This document shows positions 39,418 through 53,601 of a stretch of DNA of 64,000 nucleotides, one piece after another. Source of the DNA: Escherichia coli (GTDB lineage Bacteria; Pseudomonadota; Gammaproteobacteria; Enterobacterales; Enterobacteriaceae). The stretch lies in assembly GCF_013315695.1 (NCBI RefSeq), contig NZ_CP054353.1; one strand, 5' to 3'. The notes beneath the pieces were generated by a model. It worked only from the letters and a program-made list of their open reading frames with translations. It searched no databases and was not told the DNA's origin. Within the stretch, counting starts at the first letter, position 1. Each line of letters opens with the position of its first letter. The position numbers and the translations under genes are program-made.

Positions 39418-40311
39418 TCACCTGAGAGCATTCAGCAGATGAATACGAAAGTTTCGCGCAGCTGGACTTTGTTCATGATGTTTCGGCCAGACCAACCACA
39501 TTTCAGAAACCGCATCCTCTTCAGCAATCGGCACCCAGCGCATTTCGTTGAGCTGAACACGTTTAAATGACGCAGGCAAAATTGAAACGCCCAGACCGGC
39601 GGAAACCAGACCGATGATGGTCATTGCCTCGCCCACCTCCTGAGTGATGACGGGCGTCAAATGGTAACGTCGCATCAGTCCGAGAATATCGTCATACAGC
39701 CCTGTCCCGACGTGCGGATCAAAAAAGACAAAGGGTTCTTTCGCCAGTTCAGCCAGCGTTACATTCGGGTTATTTGCCAGGGGATGATCGTGCGGGATCA
39801 TCGCCATAAGCGGTTCATGGACGATGACTGTGTGTTCAAGCGTCTCCGGTAACGCTGTGTTACGCAGCAATCCCATATCCAGCGTTCCTTCAATGAGCGG
39901 AGCGATTTGCTCGCGAGTGTTCATTTCGCGGGTTTGTAAATGGACATCAGGATAATCACGGCGAAACAGCGATAACGTATCGGACACCGCCCGAATAAAA
40001 GGAGCGGACGAAGTAAAACCAATACGCAACTCCCCCGCTTCACCCTGATGCAGTCTTTCAGCGCGAGCGGCAGCGTCATCCACCATAGACAGGATTTGCC
40101 GACTATCTGCAAGAAACTGTTTTCCTGCTGCCGTCAGCAATACACTGCGATTGGTTCGTGCCAGCAGTCGGGCACCAATTTGTTGCTCCAGCGCCTGAAT
40201 CTGCTGACTTAGCGGCGGTTGCGAAATATTCAGGCGGGCAGCGGCGCGCCCGAAATGCAGCTCTTCTGCAACAGCAACAAAGTAACGCAGATGACGAAGT
40301 TCAATATTCAT
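39418..40311 (-). CDS. ynfL: LysR-family transcriptional regulator YnfL
   Basis: 297-aa ORF MNIELRHLRYFVAVAEELHFGRAAARLNISQPPLSQQIQALE..., divergent from ynfM. Confidence 0.85.
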   Translation of the reverse strand: MNIELRHLRYFVAVAEELHFGRAAARLNISQPPLSQQIQALEQQIGARLLARTNRSVLLTAAGKQFLADSRQILSMVDDAAARAERLHQGEAGELRIGFTSSAPFIRAVSDTLSLFRRDYPDVHLQTREMNTREQIAPLIEGTLDMGLLRNTALPETLEHTVIVHEPLMAMIPHDHPLANNPNVTLAELAKEPFVFFDPHVGTGLYDDILGLMRRYHLTPVITQEVGEAMTIIGLVSAGLGVSILPASFKRVQLNEMRWVPIAEEDAVSEMWLVWPKHHEQSPAARNFRIHLLNALR

Positions 40312-40417
40312 ATTTAAAACATCTTATTTGAGATTATTAATATATTAGACAGAACAATTCCATTTTCCTAATCTATTCATAAGCCTGATCCACAGGCATA
40401 TTTAGCAAGGATTTCAA

Positions 40418-41671
40418 GTGAGCCGTACTACAACTGTTGATGGCGCTCCGGCAAGCGACACTGACAAGCAAAGCATTTCTCAGCCAAATCAATTTATTAA
40501 ACGCGGTACGCCGCAATTTATGCGCGTCACCCTGGCGCTGTTCTCTGCCGGACTGGCAACCTTCGCACTTCTCTATTGTGTGCAACCTATCCTTCCGGTG
40601 CTTTCACAAGAGTTTGGCTTAACGCCCGCGAACAGTAGTATTTCACTGTCCATTTCCACGGCGATGTTGGCTATCGGTTTGCTGTTTACTGGCCCGTTAT
40701 CCGATGCCATTGGTCGCAAACCAGTGATGGTCACGGCGCTACTGTTGGCCTCCATTTGTACGTTACTTTCGACAATGATGACCAGCTGGCACGGCATTTT
40801 GATTATGCGCGCCTTGATTGGGCTTTCGTTAAGTGGCGTAGCAGCTGTTGGCATGACTTATCTTAGCGAGGAAATCCACCCCAGTTTCGTGGCCTTTTCA
40901 ATGGGGTTGTATATCAGCGGCAACTCAATTGGCGGCATGAGCGGACGCTTAATTAGCGGTGTCTTCACGGACTTTTTCAACTGGCGAATTGCTCTGGCGG
41001 CAATCGGTTGTTTCGCGCTGGCCTCGGCGTTGATGTTCTGGAAAATCCTCCCTGAATCACGCCATTTTCGCCCGACTTCGCTGCGCCCTAAGACGTTATT
41101 TATCAACTTTCGTCTGCACTGGCGTGACCGGGGATTACCGTTATTGTTCGCAGAAGGCTTTTTGCTGATGGGGTCGTTCGTCACGCTGTTTAATTACATC
41201 GGCTATCGGTTGATGCTTTCCCCCTGGCATGTCAGTCAGGCCGTGGTTGGCTTATTATCGCTGGCCTATTTGACCGGTACATGGAGCTCACCCAAAGCCG
41301 GAACCATGACCACGCGCTATGGGCGCGGTCCGGTGATGTTGTTTTCGACGGGGGTTATGCTGTTTGGTTTACTGATGACCTTATTTAGCTCGCTATGGCT
41401 GATCTTTGCCGGAATGTTACTCTTCTCAGCCGGATTCTTCGCAGCCCACTCAGTAGCCAGCAGCTGGATCGGCCCCCGCGCAAAACGCGCTAAAGGCCAG
41501 GCCTCCTCGCTGTATCTGTTCAGTTACTATCTGGGGTCGAGTATTGCCGGGACGCTGGGTGGTGTTTTCTGGCATAACTATGGCTGGAACGGCGTCGGCG
41601 CATTTATTGCTCTGATGCTGGTCATTGCTCTGCTGGTCGGGACGCGTTTGCATCGTCGTCTGCACGCCTGA
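40418..41671 (+). CDS. ynfM: MFS transporter YnfM
   Basis: 417-aa polytopic membrane ORF. Confidence 0.85.
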   Translation: MSRTTTVDGAPASDTDKQSISQPNQFIKRGTPQFMRVTLALFSAGLATFALLYCVQPILPVLSQEFGLTPANSSISLSISTAMLAIGLLFTGPLSDAIGRKPVMVTALLLASICTLLSTMMTSWHGILIMRALIGLSLSGVAAVGMTYLSEEIHPSFVAFSMGLYISGNSIGGMSGRLISGVFTDFFNWRIALAAIGCFALASALMFWKILPESRHFRPTSLRPKTLFINFRLHWRDRGLPLLFAEGFLLMGSFVTLFNYIGYRLMLSPWHVSQAVVGLLSLAYLTGTWSSPKAGTMTTRYGRGPVMLFSTGVMLFGLLMTLFSSLWLIFAGMLLFSAGFFAAHSVASSWIGPRAKRAKGQASSLYLFSYYLGSSIAGTLGGVFWHNYGWNGVGAFIALMLVIALLVGTRLHRRLHA

Positions 41672-42094
41672 AAAATAAGTCCGGACTGCGGTAAATACCC
41701 ATCCGGACTTATTGCCTGCTCAAACCAACGTTAATAGCCATCCTAAAATAGACGAAGCGCCAGCCAATTCCCGCAGCGCATCTAGCGTCATCAGGATTAT
41801 AAGTACCCAAATAAACGGATTCATTTTGCTGTGTGTCATTTATTACTGATGCGCAGTTATTCTACCGCTTTGTAAGTAGTAAAATAGTTAACCCGATCAA
41901 GACTACTATTATTGGTAGCTAAATTTCCCTTAAGTCACAATACGTTATTATCAACGCTGTAATTTATTCAGCGTTTGTACATATCGTTACACGCTGAAAC
42001 CAACCACTCACGGAAGTCTGCCATTCCCAGGGATATAGTTATTTCAACGGCCCCGCAGTGGGGTTAAATGAAAAAACAAATTGAGGGTATGACA

Positions 42095-42403
42095 ATGAAA
42101 AAAGTATTAGCTCTGGTTGTTGCCGCTGCTATGGGTCTGTCTTCTGCCGCCTTTGCTGCAGAAACTGTGACCACACCTGCTCCGACTGCGACGACCACCA
42201 AAGCAGCGCCGGCGAAAACTACACATCATAAAAAACAGCATAAAGCAGCACCTGCCCAGAAAGCGCAGGCGGCTAAAAAGCATCATAAAAATGCGAAAGC
42301 TGAACAGAAAGCTCCTGAACAAAAAGCGCAGGCAGCGAAGAAACACGCCAAGAAACACAGCCATCAGCAACCGGCAAAACCTGCTGCACAACCCGCAGCG
42401 TAA
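42095..42403 (+). CDS. asr: Acid shock protein Asr
   Basis: Start [21 protein letters not shown] (signal peptide) followed by a low-complexity Lys/Ala/His/Gln-rich region. Confidence 0.85.
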   Translation: MKKVLALVVAAAMGLSSAAFAAETVTTPAPTATTTKAAPAKTTHHKKQHKAAPAQKAQAAKKHHKNAKAEQKAPEQKAQAAKKHAKKHSHQQPAKPAAQPAA

Positions 42404-42495
42404 GTTTTCAACAGTAATGCTGGCGCGCCCCCTCGCGCCTGAAAATTACGGTGCTAAGCGGGTAACGTTTAGCACCGCCTTTAGCGGAGGGTAGT

Positions 42496-42579
42496 ATGGT
42501 GGGCCGTTATCGCTTTGAGTTCATTCTTATCATCCTTATTTTATGCGCACTGATTGCCGCCCGTTTTTATCTTTCCTGA
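42496..42579 (+). CDS. ydgU: Small membrane protein YdgU (27 aa)
   Basis: Manual translation MVGRYRFEFILIILILCALIAARFYLS-stop; position between asr and ydgD. Confidence 0.5.
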   Translation: MVGRYRFEFILIILILCALIAARFYLS

Positions 42580-42678
42580 TCGTAGTTATCTGATTTTACT
42601 CCCACTTTCATCCCGTCCCGTCTATAGTATTTATGAGGGTTTGCTTTTAATAATCATAATTACCCACCAGAGTGTGAT

Positions 42679-43500
42679 ATGCGTACAACCATTGCTGTAG
42701 TGTTGGGTGCAATTAGTTTGACGTCTGCTTTTGTGTTTGCAGATAAACCAGACGTTGCCAAATCGGCAAACGATGAGGTCAGCACCCTGTTTTTTGGTCA
42801 TGATGATCGTGTGCCAGTGAATGACACGACCCAATCACCGTGGGATGCGGTTGGCCAACTGGAAACGGCCAGCGGCAATTTATGTACGGCGACGCTGATT
42901 GCACCCAATCTGGCATTAACGGCAGGACACTGTTTATTGACGCCGCCAAAGGGTAAAGCCGATAAAGCGGTAGCGCTGCGTTTCGTGTCAAATAAAGGTC
43001 TTTGGCGCTATGAGATCCACGACATAGAAGGCCGCGTTGATCCGACACTGGGAAAGCGGTTAAAAGCAGATGGGGATGGCTGGATTGTACCTCCCGCAGC
43101 TGCGCCGTGGGACTTCGGTTTGATTGTGCTACGTAATCCCCCTTCTGGCATTACACCGTTGCCGTTATTTGAGGGAGATAAAGCCGCGCTTACCGCCGCA
43201 TTAAAAGCGGCTGGTCGTAAAGTGACTCAGGCGGGCTATCCTGAAGATCATCTCGATACGTTGTACAGTCATCAAAACTGTGAAGTGACTGGCTGGGCAC
43301 AAACGTCTGTGATGTCACATCAGTGCGATACCTTGCCGGGTGACAGCGGTTCGCCTCTGATGTTGCATACCAATGACGGCTGGCAATTAATTGGGGTGCA
43401 AAGTTCGGCTCCTGCCGCGAAAGATCGCTGGCGCGCCGATAACCGGGCCATTTCTGTTACCGGTTTTCGCGACAAGCTGGATCAACTGTCGCAAAAATAA
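42679..43500 (+). CDS. ydgD: Secreted trypsin-like serine protease YdgD
   Basis: 273-aa ORF with signal peptide, TAGHC and GDSGSP catalytic motifs. Confidence 0.85.
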   Translation: MRTTIAVVLGAISLTSAFVFADKPDVAKSANDEVSTLFFGHDDRVPVNDTTQSPWDAVGQLETASGNLCTATLIAPNLALTAGHCLLTPPKGKADKAVALRFVSNKGLWRYEIHDIEGRVDPTLGKRLKADGDGWIVPPAAAPWDFGLIVLRNPPSGITPLPLFEGDKAALTAALKAAGRKVTQAGYPEDHLDTLYSHQNCEVTGWAQTSVMSHQCDTLPGDSGSPLMLHTNDGWQLIGVQSSAPAAKDRWRADNRAISVTGFRDKLDQLSQK

Positions 43501-43538
43501 TGTTCAAACGCTGCCCGACAGTGCGGGCAGCGTGTTCA

Positions 43539-43868
43539 TCAGGCAAGTTTCACCATGATCATTCCAGCCAACAGCAAGACCAGGCCAATCCAGCCTTTAC
43601 GATTTAACCGTTGACCAAACAAGATCCAACCTGCGGCTAACGTGGCGGCAATACCAAACCCGCCCCACAATGCATAAGCGACAGACAAGTCGATCCCTTT
43701 AACGGCCTGAGAAAGCGCACTAAAGGCAGCCAGCACCGCCGCCAGGGAGAGCAAGCCAAATATTTTGCGACGAAAGCCGTCAGAAAATTTCAAAAAGACG
43801 TTAGCAACGATTTCCAGCACGATTGCCAATGCCAGCCAGGCGGCGTGAACCCATTCAAACTGCGCCAT
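43539..43868 (-). CDS. mdtI: SMR-family spermidine exporter subunit MdtI
   Basis: 109-aa [35 protein letters not shown]... Confidence 0.9.
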
Positions 43869-44220
43869 GGTTCACCTCCAGTTCGGGTTTATGCGCTTTA
43901 CGAGTACCTGATTTGATCAACACAATCCCGGCGACCAGGGTGGTTAACCCGGCAATTTTCATCAGCGATAAACTTTCGTCGAATAACAAAACGCTAAACA
44001 AGGTAATAAATAAAATACCGATACCTTCCCACAGCGCATAAGCCACGCCTAAGGCGATCTTTTTAACGGCGAAAGAGAGAAATATATACGACAGAGAAAT
44101 CATCACCAGCATTAAAATAAAGCCGCCATTTCCCTCACTGACGCTCGCCCATTTCATAGACAGCGTACCGGTAATTTCTGTAGCAATAGCCAGACCTAAT
44201 AAAATCCAATAAATATACAT
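43855..44220 (-). CDS. mdtJ: SMR-family spermidine exporter subunit MdtJ
   Basis: 121-aa [30 protein letters not shown]...; start overlaps the mdtI end. Confidence 0.9.
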
Positions 44221-44631
44221 TGTCCTTCTCCTGCAAGAGAATTATTTTAATTTTCGCTTAATTCAGCGAAACCAAAGTAAAGTGGTCAAGCCCCGCGCAT
44301 AGCGCAAGCTTAAGCAGGAGAAAGGACTAAAGCGCGTTGCGCCAGTGCTGCTCACCTACGAGCAAGATAGTGGATGAGGTACGAAGATGGGTAAATGTAG
44401 AAAATAACGTCCTGAACAAATTGTCCATAATATTACAATTATCCGCAGTGTTGCTTCTCGTCATCGCGGATGATAATTGTCCTCGGTAGTTGAACACGCC
44501 TGATTTGTATCATAGCTTAAGAATTAACTCAAAATATTTTCACTTCTTTACCTGAGCGGTTTGATTTTCGTTATGATGACGGAGCGAAAAAGACATTATT
44601 ATTAGCAAAGGAAGAAAAAACGGGGACAAGC

Positions 44632-45666
44632 ATGGCAAAGCCGATCATCACGCTCAATGGCCTAAAAATCGTCATTATGTTGGGAATGTTGGTCATTATT
44701 CTCTGCGGTATCCGTTTTGCCGCCGAGATCATCGTGCCGTTTATTCTCGCATTATTTATTGCTGTTATTCTTAACCCGCTGGTGCAACACATGGTCCGCT
44801 GGCGAGTGCCGCGTGTACTGGCGGTGTCGATTTTGATGACCATCATCGTGATGGCGATGGTGTTGCTGTTAGCTTATCTGGGTTCCGCGCTCAACGAGTT
44901 GACGCGGACGTTACCGCAATATCGCAACTCTATTATGACGCCGCTGCAAGCGATTGAACCGTTGTTGCAACGCGTAGGGATTGATGTCTCAGTTGACCAA
45001 CTGGCGCATTACATTGATCCGAACTCGGCAATGACGTTGCTCACCAACTTATTGACGCAGTTATCTAATGCCATGTCATCAATCTTTTTATTGCTGCTGA
45101 CGGTGCTGTTTATGTTGCTCGAAGTGCCACAATTGCCCGGAAAATTTCAGCAAATGATGGTGCGTCCGGTTGAAGGGATGGCGGCGATTCAGCGTGCGAT
45201 TGACAGTGTGTCTCATTATCTGGTGCTGAAAACAGCCATCAGCATCATCACCGGCCTGGTCGCCTGGGCGATGCTCGCCGCACTCGATGTTCGCTTCGCT
45301 TTTGTCTGGGGATTGCTGGCCTTTGCGCTTAATTACATCCCTAATATTGGTTCAGTTCTCGCGGCAATCCCCCCTATCGCTCAGGTACTGGTGTTTAATG
45401 GCTTCTACGAAGCGTTGCTGGTGCTGGCGGGATATCTGCTAATTAATCTGGTCTTCGGCAATATTCTGGAGCCGCGCATCATGGGACGTGGGCTGGGGCT
45501 TTCCACATTGGTGGTATTTTTGTCGTTGATTTTTTGGGGATGGTTGTTAGGGCCGGTGGGTATGCTGCTTTCCGTGCCGTTAACAATTATTGTCAAAATT
45601 GCGCTTGAACAAACAGCGGGAGGTCAAAGCATCGCCGTTCTGTTAAGCGATCTCAATAAAGAGTGA
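44632..45666 (+). CDS. tqsA: AI-2 exporter family membrane protein TqsA
   Basis: 344-aa polytopic ORF. Confidence 0.85.
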   Translation: MAKPIITLNGLKIVIMLGMLVIILCGIRFAAEIIVPFILALFIAVILNPLVQHMVRWRVPRVLAVSILMTIIVMAMVLLLAYLGSALNELTRTLPQYRNSIMTPLQAIEPLLQRVGIDVSVDQLAHYIDPNSAMTLLTNLLTQLSNAMSSIFLLLLTVLFMLLEVPQLPGKFQQMMVRPVEGMAAIQRAIDSVSHYLVLKTAISIITGLVAWAMLAALDVRFAFVWGLLAFALNYIPNIGSVLAAIPPIAQVLVFNGFYEALLVLAGYLLINLVFGNILEPRIMGRGLGLSTLVVFLSLIFWGWLLGPVGMLLSVPLTIIVKIALEQTAGGQSIAVLLSDLNKE

Positions 45667-45688
45667 CGGCCTCCGCAGAGGCCGTCAG
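45665..45688. terminator. Bidirectional hairpin terminator between convergent tqsA and pntB (tgacggcctc-cgcag-aggccgtca)
   Basis: Perfect 10-bp inverted repeat read directly. Confidence 0.55.
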
Positions 45689-45690
45689 GG

Positions 45691-47082
<1,392 letters not shown>

Positions 47083-47089
47083 TTACCCC

Positions 47090-48685
<1,596 letters not shown>

Positions 48686-49146
48686 TCATGTACGAGCTAA
48701 ATGTTACTCCGTTAAAATAAATTAGTAACAAACGCCCTATAACGTACTGAAAATTATGCCTGTGATCTAGCGCCAAAAATCAGTATTTCGGCGTGAACTC
48801 GCAAAATATTAACGATTCAGCCGTGATAGTGGGATAAACACCTTAGAACGCCGGATAAAGACTGATAATTGTCTTCGACGGTCAGGTAAAACGAGACATC
48901 GCCCCGGTACGAATCACTACTTAACATTAAATTAACTTATACAATTCAGTTGCTTCAGTAGTATTGATGCTGATACGGCTGTTTTTTTAAGCATAGACGG
49001 TCATTTGAGCAGGATTAAAATTGTCTTAAGGAATGTGATATGAAAAATGACGCAGACAGTTACACCGTTTAAATGCAATAATCAGCCACGTTTCTCGTTA
49101 ATAACAATACCAGTACCTGGTTTGCGCAAGGCGAAGGATTATTTTT

Positions 49147-50091
49147 ATGAAGCTTAAGAACACCCTCCTGGCGTCGGCACTGCTTTCTGCTACGGCATTC
49201 TCCGTTAACGCAGCAACAGAACTGACACCGGAGCAAGCGGCAGCGGTTAAACCTTTTGACCGTGTAGTGGTTACCGGTCGTTTTAATGCTATTGGCGAAG
49301 CGGTGAAAGCCGTTTCTCGTCGCGCAGATAAAGAAGGTGCCGCCTCTTTTTATGTTGTCGACACTTCTGATTTTGGTAACAGCGGTAACTGGCGTGTGGT
49401 CGCTGACCTCTATAAAGCCGATGCTGAAAAAGCAGAAGAAACAAGTAATCGCGTAATTAACGGAGTTGTCGAACTGCCGAAAGATCAGGCCGTTCTGATT
49501 GAACCGTTTGACACGGTCACCGTCCAGGGCTTCTATCGTAGCCAGCCAGAAGTCAATGATGCCATCACCAAAGCAGCAAAAGCGAAAGGTGCCTACTCTT
49601 TCTACATCGTTCGTCAAATCGATGCCAACCAGGGCGGCAACCAGCGTATTACTGCATTCATCTATAAAAAAGATGCTAAGAAACGTATCGTCCAGAGCCC
49701 GGATGTGATCCCGGCAGATTCCGAAGCAGGACGTGCAGCTCTGGCTGCCGGTGGCGAAGCTGCGAAGAAAGTTGAGATCCCGGGTGTTGCGACTACCGCA
49801 TCACCAAGTTCTGAAGTCGGTCGCTTCTTTGAAACCCAGTCATCAAAAGGCGGGCGTTACACCGTCACGCTCCCGGATGGCACTAAAGTCGAAGAACTGA
49901 ACAAAGCGACCGCAGCGATGATGGTCCCGTTCGACAGCATCAAATTCTCTGGCAACTACGGCAACATGACCGAAGTCTCCTATCAGGTTGCGAAACGTGC
50001 CGCGAAGAAAGGTGCTAAGTATTACCACATCACCCGCCAGTGGCAGGAACGTGGTAATAACCTGACCGTCAGCGCAGATCTGTATAAATAA
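49147..50091 (+). CDS. ydgH: Periplasmic protein YdgH (DUF1471 repeats)
   Basis: 314-aa ORF with signal peptide MKLKNTLLASALLSATAFSVNA and three internal repeats. Confidence 0.85.
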   Translation: MKLKNTLLASALLSATAFSVNAATELTPEQAAAVKPFDRVVVTGRFNAIGEAVKAVSRRADKEGAASFYVVDTSDFGNSGNWRVVADLYKADAEKAEETSNRVINGVVELPKDQAVLIEPFDTVTVQGFYRSQPEVNDAITKAAKAKGAYSFYIVRQIDANQGGNQRITAFIYKKDAKKRIVQSPDVIPADSEAGRAALAAGGEAAKKVEIPGVATTASPSSEVGRFFETQSSKGGRYTVTLPDGTKVEELNKATAAMMVPFDSIKFSGNYGNMTEVSYQVAKRAAKKGAKYYHITRQWQERGNNLTVSADLYK

Positions 50092-50109
50092 CTATTCAGT
50101 TACTCCTAT

Positions 50110-50140
50110 AAGGCGGCTTGATGCCGCCTTTCGCATTTTT
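50110..50140 (+). terminator. Rho-independent terminator after ydgH (aaggcggc-ttgat-gccgcctt then T-rich tract)
   Basis: Hairpin followed by TCGCATTTTT read directly. Confidence 0.6.
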
Positions 50141-50276
50141 AGTCACAAATTTCCCCGCGACCATTGCATGCAGACACATCTCTTCGTAAAATCCCGCGCT
50201 TCAGTGGCAAACTCCATTTTTATGCGTTTTGCCCTAATATTTATTCTTCTTATCACGTTTTAATCACTGGATATCG

Positions 50277-51659
50277 ATGGAAAAGAAACTGGGACTGAGC
50301 GCACTCACCGCGCTGGTATTAAGCTCAATGCTGGGCGCGGGTGTTTTCAGTCTGCCGCAAAATATGGCGGCAGTTGCCAGCCCGGCAGCACTGCTCATCG
50401 GCTGGGGTATTACTGGCGCTGGCATTTTATTGCTGGCCTTTGCCATGCTGATCCTCACGCGCATTCGTCCCGAACTTGACGGCGGTATCTTTACCTATGC
50501 CCGCGAAGGGTTTGGCGAGCTAATCGGCTTTTGTTCCGCATGGGGATACTGGCTGTGCGCGGTCATCGCCAACGTCTCCTATCTGGTGATCGTTTTTTCC
50601 GCGTTAAGCTTTTTTACGGACACGCCGGAATTGCGCCTGTTTGGCGATGGTAATACCTGGCAATCGATCGTCGGTGCATCGGCTTTATTGTGGATTGTTC
50701 ACTTTTTGATCCTGCGCGGGGTGCAAACCGCTGCCAGCATTAACCTGGTGGCAACACTGGCAAAACTGTTGCCGCTGGGTCTGTTTGTTGTACTGGCGAT
50801 GATGATGTTCAAACTGGATACCTTCAAGCTCGACTTCACCGGACTTGCACTTGGCGTACCCGTGTGGGAACAGGTGAAAAACACCATGCTGATCACCCTG
50901 TGGGTTTTCATTGGTGTGGAAGGTGCCGTGGTTGTTTCTGCGCGTGCGCGTAATAAACGTGATGTTGGCAAAGCGACACTGCTGGCGGTTCTCTCCGCTC
51001 TGGGCGTTTACTTGCTGGTAACGCTGCTTTCGCTGGGCGTGGTGGCACGTCCTGAACTGGCTGAAATTCGTAACCCGTCAATGGCCGGTCTGATGGTGGA
51101 AATGATGGGACCGTGGGGCGAAATCATCATCGCTGCCGGTTTGATCGTTTCCGTTTGCGGCGCGTACTTAAGCTGGACCATCATGGCGGCAGAAGTTCCG
51201 TTCCTGGCCGCCACTCATAAAGCATTCCCGCGCATTTTTGCGCGCCAGAACGCACAAGCTGCGCCATCCGCTTCACTGTGGCTGACCAACATCTGCGTGC
51301 AAATTTGTCTGGTGCTCATCTGGCTGACCGGTTCCGATTACAACACATTGCTGACCATCGCCTCAGAAATGATTCTGGTGCCCTATTTCCTGGTCGGCGC
51401 GTTCTTGCTAAAAATCGCAACCCGTCCACTGCATAAAGCGGTAGGTGTCGGTGCCTGCATTTATGGCTTATGGTTATTGTACGCCTCTGGTCCAATGCAC
51501 TTGCTGTTATCCGTTGTTCTGTATGCACCGGGGCTGCTGGTTTTCCTGTACGCGCGTAAAACGCATACCCATGATAATGTACTGAATCGTCAGGAAATGG
51601 TGCTGATTGGCATGCTGTTAATTGCCTCAGTTCCGGCGACCTGGATGCTGGTGGGATAA
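50277..51659 (+). CDS. ydgI: Amino-acid antiporter family protein YdgI (ArcD-like)
   Basis: 460-aa polytopic ORF MEKKLGLSALTALVLSSMLGAGVFSLPQNMA... Confidence 0.85.
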   Translation: MEKKLGLSALTALVLSSMLGAGVFSLPQNMAAVASPAALLIGWGITGAGILLLAFAMLILTRIRPELDGGIFTYAREGFGELIGFCSAWGYWLCAVIANVSYLVIVFSALSFFTDTPELRLFGDGNTWQSIVGASALLWIVHFLILRGVQTAASINLVATLAKLLPLGLFVVLAMMMFKLDTFKLDFTGLALGVPVWEQVKNTMLITLWVFIGVEGAVVVSARARNKRDVGKATLLAVLSALGVYLLVTLLSLGVVARPELAEIRNPSMAGLMVEMMGPWGEIIIAAGLIVSVCGAYLSWTIMAAEVPFLAATHKAFPRIFARQNAQAAPSASLWLTNICVQICLVLIWLTGSDYNTLLTIASEMILVPYFLVGAFLLKIATRPLHKAVGVGACIYGLWLLYASGPMHLLLSVVLYAPGLLVFLYARKTHTHDNVLNRQEMVLIGMLLIASVPATWMLVG

Positions 51660-51695
51660 CGTTCATCCCATCGTTGGATAGCAAAGGAGATAACG

Positions 51696-52418
51696 ATGGG
51701 TAAAGCCCAACCCTTGCCAATATTAATTACTGGCGGTGGTCGTCGCATCGGCCTCGCCCTCGCATGGCATTTCATTAATCAAAAGCAACCGGTGATTATC
51801 AGCTATCGGACGCACTATCCAGCCATTGATGGACTTATTAACGCAGGTGCGCAGTGTATTCAGGCTGATTTTTCGACCAACGACGGTGTGATGGCGTTTG
51901 CCGATGAAGTACTAAAAAGCACCCATGGCCTGCGTGCTATTTTGCATAACGCCAGCGCGTGGATGGCAGAAAAATCAGGTACATCACTGACCGACGTACT
52001 GGCTTGCATGATGCAGATCCACGTTAATACCCCATACCTACTCAACCATGCACTGGAAAGATTACTGCGTGGGCACGGACACGCCGCCAGCGATATCATT
52101 CACTTTACCGATTATGTGGTGGAGCGCGGTAGCGACAAACATATTGCCTATGCTGCAAGCAAAGCGGCACTGGATAATATGACTCGCTCGTTTGCCCGCA
52201 AGCTGGCACCGGAAGTGAAAGTGAATTCTATTGCGCCATCGCTGATCCTGTTTAATGAGCATGATGATGCCGAATATCGACAACAGGCGCTGAATAAATC
52301 ACTGATGAAAACCGCGCCTGGCGAGAAAGAAGTAATCGACCTGGTCGATTACTTACTTACCAGTTGCTTTGTCACCGGACGCAGTTTCCCTCTTGATGGC
52401 GGTCGTCATCTGCGTTAA
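51696..52418 (+). CDS. folM: Dihydromonapterin/dihydrofolate reductase FolM (SDR family)
   Basis: 240-aa ORF with ITGGGRRIGLAL Rossmann motif. Confidence 0.9.
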   Translation: MGKAQPLPILITGGGRRIGLALAWHFINQKQPVIISYRTHYPAIDGLINAGAQCIQADFSTNDGVMAFADEVLKSTHGLRAILHNASAWMAEKSGTSLTDVLACMMQIHVNTPYLLNHALERLLRGHGHAASDIIHFTDYVVERGSDKHIAYAASKAALDNMTRSFARKLAPEVKVNSIAPSLILFNEHDDAEYRQQALNKSLMKTAPGEKEVIDLVDYLLTSCFVTGRSFPLDGGRHLR

Positions 52419-52750
52419 TGCAGCTTAATCCAGCATATAATCAACACCCATGCGCTTATCCCCCAACACGCAACAGAACCAACAAAAGCAGCGGGTAAGC
52501 GCATCATTCCGGTGAAATACCACAGCGACACCAGGTAAACAAAATAGGGAATAATCGACCACATGCTAAAAATGATGGTTGCGCGTAAGGCTTCAATGCC
52601 GCGTTCGCTGGCAACAATATAATGCGCGATGAGCGCAAAGGTCGGGAAAAGTGGGATCAGCCCGGCGATATAATAATTTTTCGTTTTTGCTAAAACACCA
52701 ATCAACAGCACTACCAGCGCACCGAGCGCGGCTTTGATTACCAGCCCCAT
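52415..52750 (-). CDS. ydgC: GlpM-family inner-membrane protein YdgC
   Basis: 111-aa hydrophobic ORF convergent with folM. Confidence 0.8.
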   Translation of the reverse strand: MGLVIKAALGALVVLLIGVLAKTKNYYIAGLIPLFPTFALIAHYIVASERGIEALRATIIFSMWSIIPYFVYLVSLWYFTGMMRLPAAFVGSVACWGISAWVLIICWIKLH

Positions 52751-52878
52751 CTTTTTACCTTAACACTTCCATAACAAGTCATCAGTAGAATACCTGATGA
52801 AACCTTGTTTAGAAACGATTGATAGTAAGTAAAAACAGCGCGGTGTATTGTGACGTTTTTATATCTACCGTGAATGTT

Positions 52879-53598
52879 ATGAACACTATCGTATTTGTGG
52901 AAGATGATGCGGAAGTCGGTTCACTGATTGCTGCGTACCTGGCAAAACATGATATGCAGGTTACCGTGGAACCGCGCGGCGACCGGGCCGAAGAAACTAT
53001 TTTGCGAGAAAATCCGGATTTGGTGTTACTCGACATCATGCTACCAGGCAAGGACGGCATGACCATTTGTCGTGATTTATGCGCAAAGTGGTCCGGACCG
53101 ATTGTTCTTCTAACCTCTCTCGATAGCGATATGAACCACATCCTGGCACTGGAAATGGGTGCCTGCGATTATATTCTCAAAACGACGCCCCCTGCTGTTT
53201 TGTTAGCGCGTTTACGTTTGCATTTGCGTCAAAATGAGCAAGCCGCACTGAGCAAAGGTCTTCAGGAAACGTCTCTGACTCCCTACAAAGCCCTGCATTT
53301 CGGCACGTTGACCATCGATCCTATCAACCGCGTAGTCACCCTGGCTAACACTGAAAGCTCGCTCTCGACAGCTGATTTCGAATTATTGTGGGAATTAGCT
53401 ACCCATGCCGGGCAAATCATGGACCGCGATGCATTGCTGAAAAATTTACGCGGCGTCAGTTATGACGGCCTGGATCGTAGCGTGGACGTGGCTATTTCGC
53501 GGTTAAGAAAAAAACTGCTCGATAACGCCGCAGAACCTTATCGCATTAAAACTGTGCGTAACAAAGGCTATCTTTTTGCGCCTCATGCATGGGAATAA
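52879..53598 (+). CDS. rstA: Response regulator RstA (OmpR family)
   Basis: Start MNTIVFVEDDAEVGSLIAAYLAKHDMQVTVEPRGD... in ORF 52819..53598. Confidence 0.9.
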   Translation: MNTIVFVEDDAEVGSLIAAYLAKHDMQVTVEPRGDRAEETILRENPDLVLLDIMLPGKDGMTICRDLCAKWSGPIVLLTSLDSDMNHILALEMGACDYILKTTPPAVLLARLRLHLRQNEQAALSKGLQETSLTPYKALHFGTLTIDPINRVVTLANTESSLSTADFELLWELATHAGQIMDRDALLKNLRGVSYDGLDRSVDVAISRLRKKLLDNAAEPYRIKTVRNKGYLFAPHAWE

Positions 53599-53601
53599 GC
53601 G

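Noticed and set aside
42107-42391. 94-aa minus-strand ORF antisense to asr
   Set aside because: Mirror image of the low-complexity Lys/Ala-rich asr coding repeat; the Cys/Arg/Phe-rich translation is not protein-like.
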